The translations under genes were made by a program, and so were the position numbers. From Azolla caroliniana (lineage: Eukaryota; Plantae; Polypodiophyta): a DNA stretch of 64,000 nucleotides. The stretch is taken from the NCBI GenBank assembly GCA_043228905.1, contig JBHGNT010000011.1:19034001-19098000 (forward strand). Direction: 5' to 3'. Numbering within the stretch: position 1 is the stretch's first letter; the number at the start of each line of letters is the position of its first letter. Positions 62,629 to 64,000 of this stretch are shown here, one piece after another. The notes beneath the pieces are model-generated. The model worked only from the letters and a program-made list of their open reading frames with translations, was not told the DNA's origin and searched no databases.

Positions 62629-62814
62629 CACAAAAGACTTTCTTATTCCACAAAGCAATAATACAACACCCAACCTTACAAAAGGGTTACAAGGTCACTA
62701 TATATAGTGACCGACTTAGGGCAACTACCCTTTATGATAATTACACAAATGCCCCAAACTTGGGCTATAGAAAGGGATAGTGTGAATACGTCCATTATAC
62801 ACTTGTATTCGACA
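57306..62814 (-). mobile_element. Inner intact Ty1/copia LTR retrotransposon, same orientation as its host element
   Basis: LTRs 57306-57618 and 62498-62814 (TG...CA). 5-bp TSD TTCTC at 57301-57305 and 62815-62819. PBS tRNA-iMet 62484-62495, PPT 57619-57625. The LTRs differ by 2 substitutions and (GA)17 vs (GA)19. Confidence 0.98.
57812..61825 (-). CDS. Inner copia gag-pol polyprotein, uninterrupted, ~1337 aa
   Basis: KFDGSNFNFWKEQMQDYL, CNYCKKPGHIKADC, WLLDSGAS, HRRLGH..CEHC, RTDNGGEF, YVDD, TDSDFAG..TTEAEY..ADGMTK. First ATG at 61825. Confidence 0.96.
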   Translation of the reverse strand: MASTSGSSEMSLRKFDGSNFNFWKEQMQDYLIVKGQIDPIENEEPPEGYKPIEWQKLDRIVRATIRMHLSESVYFTVQSCTTTFELWKTLSDTYEKKVAATKMFLIRRLYNLRMKESDSVQAHLNEYESISSQISSQGTAIEDELRAMILMSSLPSSWETFVTTVCNASTTAVKYSEVTSAILTEAARRKSFAKDSTDDAYVVQGSTDRSNIRGRDSSRPPNNQRRRSQSRDNRICNYCKKPGHIKADCRALKNKNNKKSGRHEEINYVSFSADVLPDDPNILSIENPVGSEVLLTTEESSTWLLDSGASFHVTPHRSQFRQYTIRHSDSVRVGNSQHCDIIGIGTVELNLAGGSTLVLHNVRHVPELSRPLISVGQLDEDGIRAGFSSGGWTLHRGNLLLARGPKIHSLYPLHVTLREGNLFLVDIPVSSLWHRRLGHLSKAGITHLSRAGYIPKLSFSDHQFCEHCQYGKQAAASHPTSAPRETRPLDLVHSDVCGPMPHQSLGGASYFVTFIDDSTRKVWAYPIRTKDRVFSIFTDWLVMVENQTDRKLKCFRTDNGGEFKSEEFVKFCRQRGIRREFTAPHSPEQNGIAERMNRTIQERTVSMLQHSGLSDGFWAKALLTAVHIINMSPSRPLGLQIPQELWIGSKPNYDKLRIFGCEAYALIPKDDRRKLAPRSRKCIFLGYGSDGEMGYRLWDPERRQIVGSSDVVFNESAMNPSVEKPIEVRRVTFSDVPTLQEGPALNTRSASRVAEPYTTDSDNPDSAQQNNPLSDHPTLIPDATSPILPRRSERLSQPPERYSPGIFFTDAGEPTSYEEASTSVDSATWHLAMESEMHSIRANKTWDLVELPRNRRALPCKWVYRLKETSDSTNPKYKARLVAKGFRQEYGVDFDEIFSPVVKMTTLRFLLGVVAADNLELIQLDVKTAFLHGDLDEEIYMEQPKGFVATGQEHLVCRLRKSLYGLKQAPRQWYKKFDDFIQSIGFSKSDEDHCLFTNTAQDGSPIFLIIYVDDMLISGRHAGELADLVRQLRLKFAMKDLGPARHILGMKISRHRDKRHLFLSQTDYIGRVLERFNMQSAKSASTPLPMNLRLSQRDCPTSGPEGEDMKSVPYAPAVGSLMYLMVATRPDISHAVGVVSRFMHNPGRSHWNAVKHVFRYLAGTKDHDILFGPNRTSGVVGYTDSDFAGCIDSRKSTTGYCFKFGNGAISWKSKLQECTATSTTEAEYVAASDAAKEALWLGRLAHTFRQVDHDSAPVVYSDSQGAVALSKNPVHHNASKHIDVRYHFVRDCVISGKIGLEKISTTDNVADGMTKCLSADRFRSLRHQMGVTTNQSG

Positions 62815-63329
62815 TTCTCTTCCTTACAGGAGGTGCTGAGTGTAACTACCAAGTTCTCCCAGCTCTCCGGAAGGGTACACATCAGCATGATGGCTTGCAT
62901 TGCGTCATCCAACGGGAACTTGATTGCCGCAAGCTGGTTCACGAGTCCCATGAACGTGCTGACGTGTTCGACCATGCTCTCGCCGTCCCGGTACTTAAGA
63001 TTCACTATCTTCCTCATCAAGGAGGTCCGGGTCAGAGCATTCTTCCTCTCATACAGTCCGGACAGCTTCTGCCACATCTCATAGGCGTTCGTATCGTTCG
63101 CCACATGTTGCAGAACACTTACATCGACATATTGTCGGATCGTCGCTACGGCTTTCCGGTTCAGGAGCTTCCACTCCGACTCTATTACCCCCTTGGGTAT
63201 CTCGGCATTGTCGATCGGTTCGTACAGGTCTCGGACGATGAGAAGGTCTTCCATCTTTATCTTCCAGTCGGCGTAGTTCTGTGAGTTCAACACCATCATG
63301 CCCGGAGGCCCACTACCGCCGCCTTCCAT
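62815..63329 (-). CDS. Outer copia gag, N-terminal part
   Basis: MEGGGSGPPGMMVLNSQNYADWKIKMEDLL...LPESWENLVVTLSTSCKEEN. Removing the inner element and one TSD copy rejoins it in frame (SCKEEN-LSLLTVKTSILNEE) into a 1357-aa ORF. Confidence 0.93.
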
Positions 63330-63360
63330 TTTCTGTGTTAACCGTGCTCTGATACCACTT

Positions 63361-64000
63361 TGTTGAACACAGTGCTCGGCCACAACCGAGGAATAGGATC
63401 AACTCCAGAAAATAGGAAATACAAAACAATACACGAAGACAACAGAGAGAAAGGTACACTGGATGTTTTACGTGGAAAACCCTAAATGGGAAAAACCACG
63501 GGAGTCCTCAAACTCCAACTATCACTATAAACAGAGATGTACACTGGTGAAGCTACAAGGCAACAACCTTGAGCTCACTGTCTTCGCCACAGGCGGCGGT
63601 AATACACAGAGGCAACGACCTCTTCGTCTCTCTCTCTCTCACTCTCTCTCTCGGCTGCTCTCACTTCGCTCCCTCTAAGTGAAAACAGAAAAATGAGCAA
63701 CAACAACAAACTGTTTGCCCTAAGTCATATTTATACACATATGACTTTCGGGCTATTTACAAATATAGCCTCAAGGGCCCTTGGCAAACATATTTATAAA
63801 TATGTCCCCGCATCCGGATCTCTCTTCGGGTACATTCGTCATCCGGCTCCGTAGCCGGGGTCTTCATCATCCGGCTCCGTAGCCGGGGTCTTCGGCATCC
63901 GGCTCCGTAGCCGGGGTCTTCATCATCCGGATCCGTAGCCGGGGTCTTCATCATCCGTATCCGTAGCCGGGTACTCTTCATCCGGCTTCATGTCGGGTAC
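63361..64000 (-). repeat. Outer element 5' LTR (truncated by the window end)
   Basis: Near-identical to 53006-53645 and preceded by the PBS. Confidence 0.96.

Larger units (their letters stand above)
53006..64000 (-). mobile_element. Outer Ty1/copia LTR retrotransposon (Tnt1/Tto1-like), interrupted in gag; 5' LTR runs off the window
   Basis: 3' LTR 53006-53731 (TG...CA), PPT 53732-53742, PBS TGGTATCAGAGC (tRNA-iMet) 63346-63357, 5' LTR from 63361. Domain order gag-PR-IN-RT-RNaseH. By eye, 3 substitutions over the 640 bp of LTR that can be compared. Confidence 0.97.

Noticed and set aside
53757-63284. Many + strand ORFs antisense to the copia polyproteins
   Set aside because: These are shadow ORFs expected opposite GC-rich coding sequence, with no recognisable motifs.
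53742-63360. Bacterial contamination or horizontal transfer, suggested by the GC/CpG jump
   Set aside because: The region is fully explained by plant Ty1/copia structure (LTRs, tRNA-iMet PBS, PPT, TSD).

Overview
Land-plant nuclear DNA with spliceosomal GT-AG introns and an AT-rich, CG-poor background. The TE relics suggest a fern or other non-seed plant, but that is inference. Six host genes can be built in frame by hand: a LisH/CTLH/CRA (GID8-type) subunit (-), an intronless BPS1/DUF793-like gene (+), a plastid glucose-6-phosphate/phosphate translocator (+), a CLC-f chloride channel with a 5.75-kb first intron (+), a BPP-type Ser/Pro-rich protein ending in CaaX (-), and plastid ribosomal protein L9 (+). 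Two copies of a hAT-type MITE carry 8-bp TSDs. There are also RTE and L1 LINE relics and decayed Ty3/gypsy and Ty1/copia relics. The last 11 kb is a young nested pair: an intact Ty1/copia element inserted, with a TTCTC TSD, into the gag of another Ty1/copia element that is otherwise intact. Most notable: (i) both young elements are saturated with CCG-containing tetramers, CCGG in the outer and TCGG/CCGA in the inner; (ii) both unrelated LTRs place their TATA box in a perfect palindrome; (iii) the inner 3' LTR supplies a TATA box and in-frame ATG that could re-express the disrupted outer pol; (iv) alternating inverted LINE ends span the CLC-f intron; (v) three host first introns consist largely of degenerate tandem repeats. 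All coordinates and counts were read by eye; no database searches were run.
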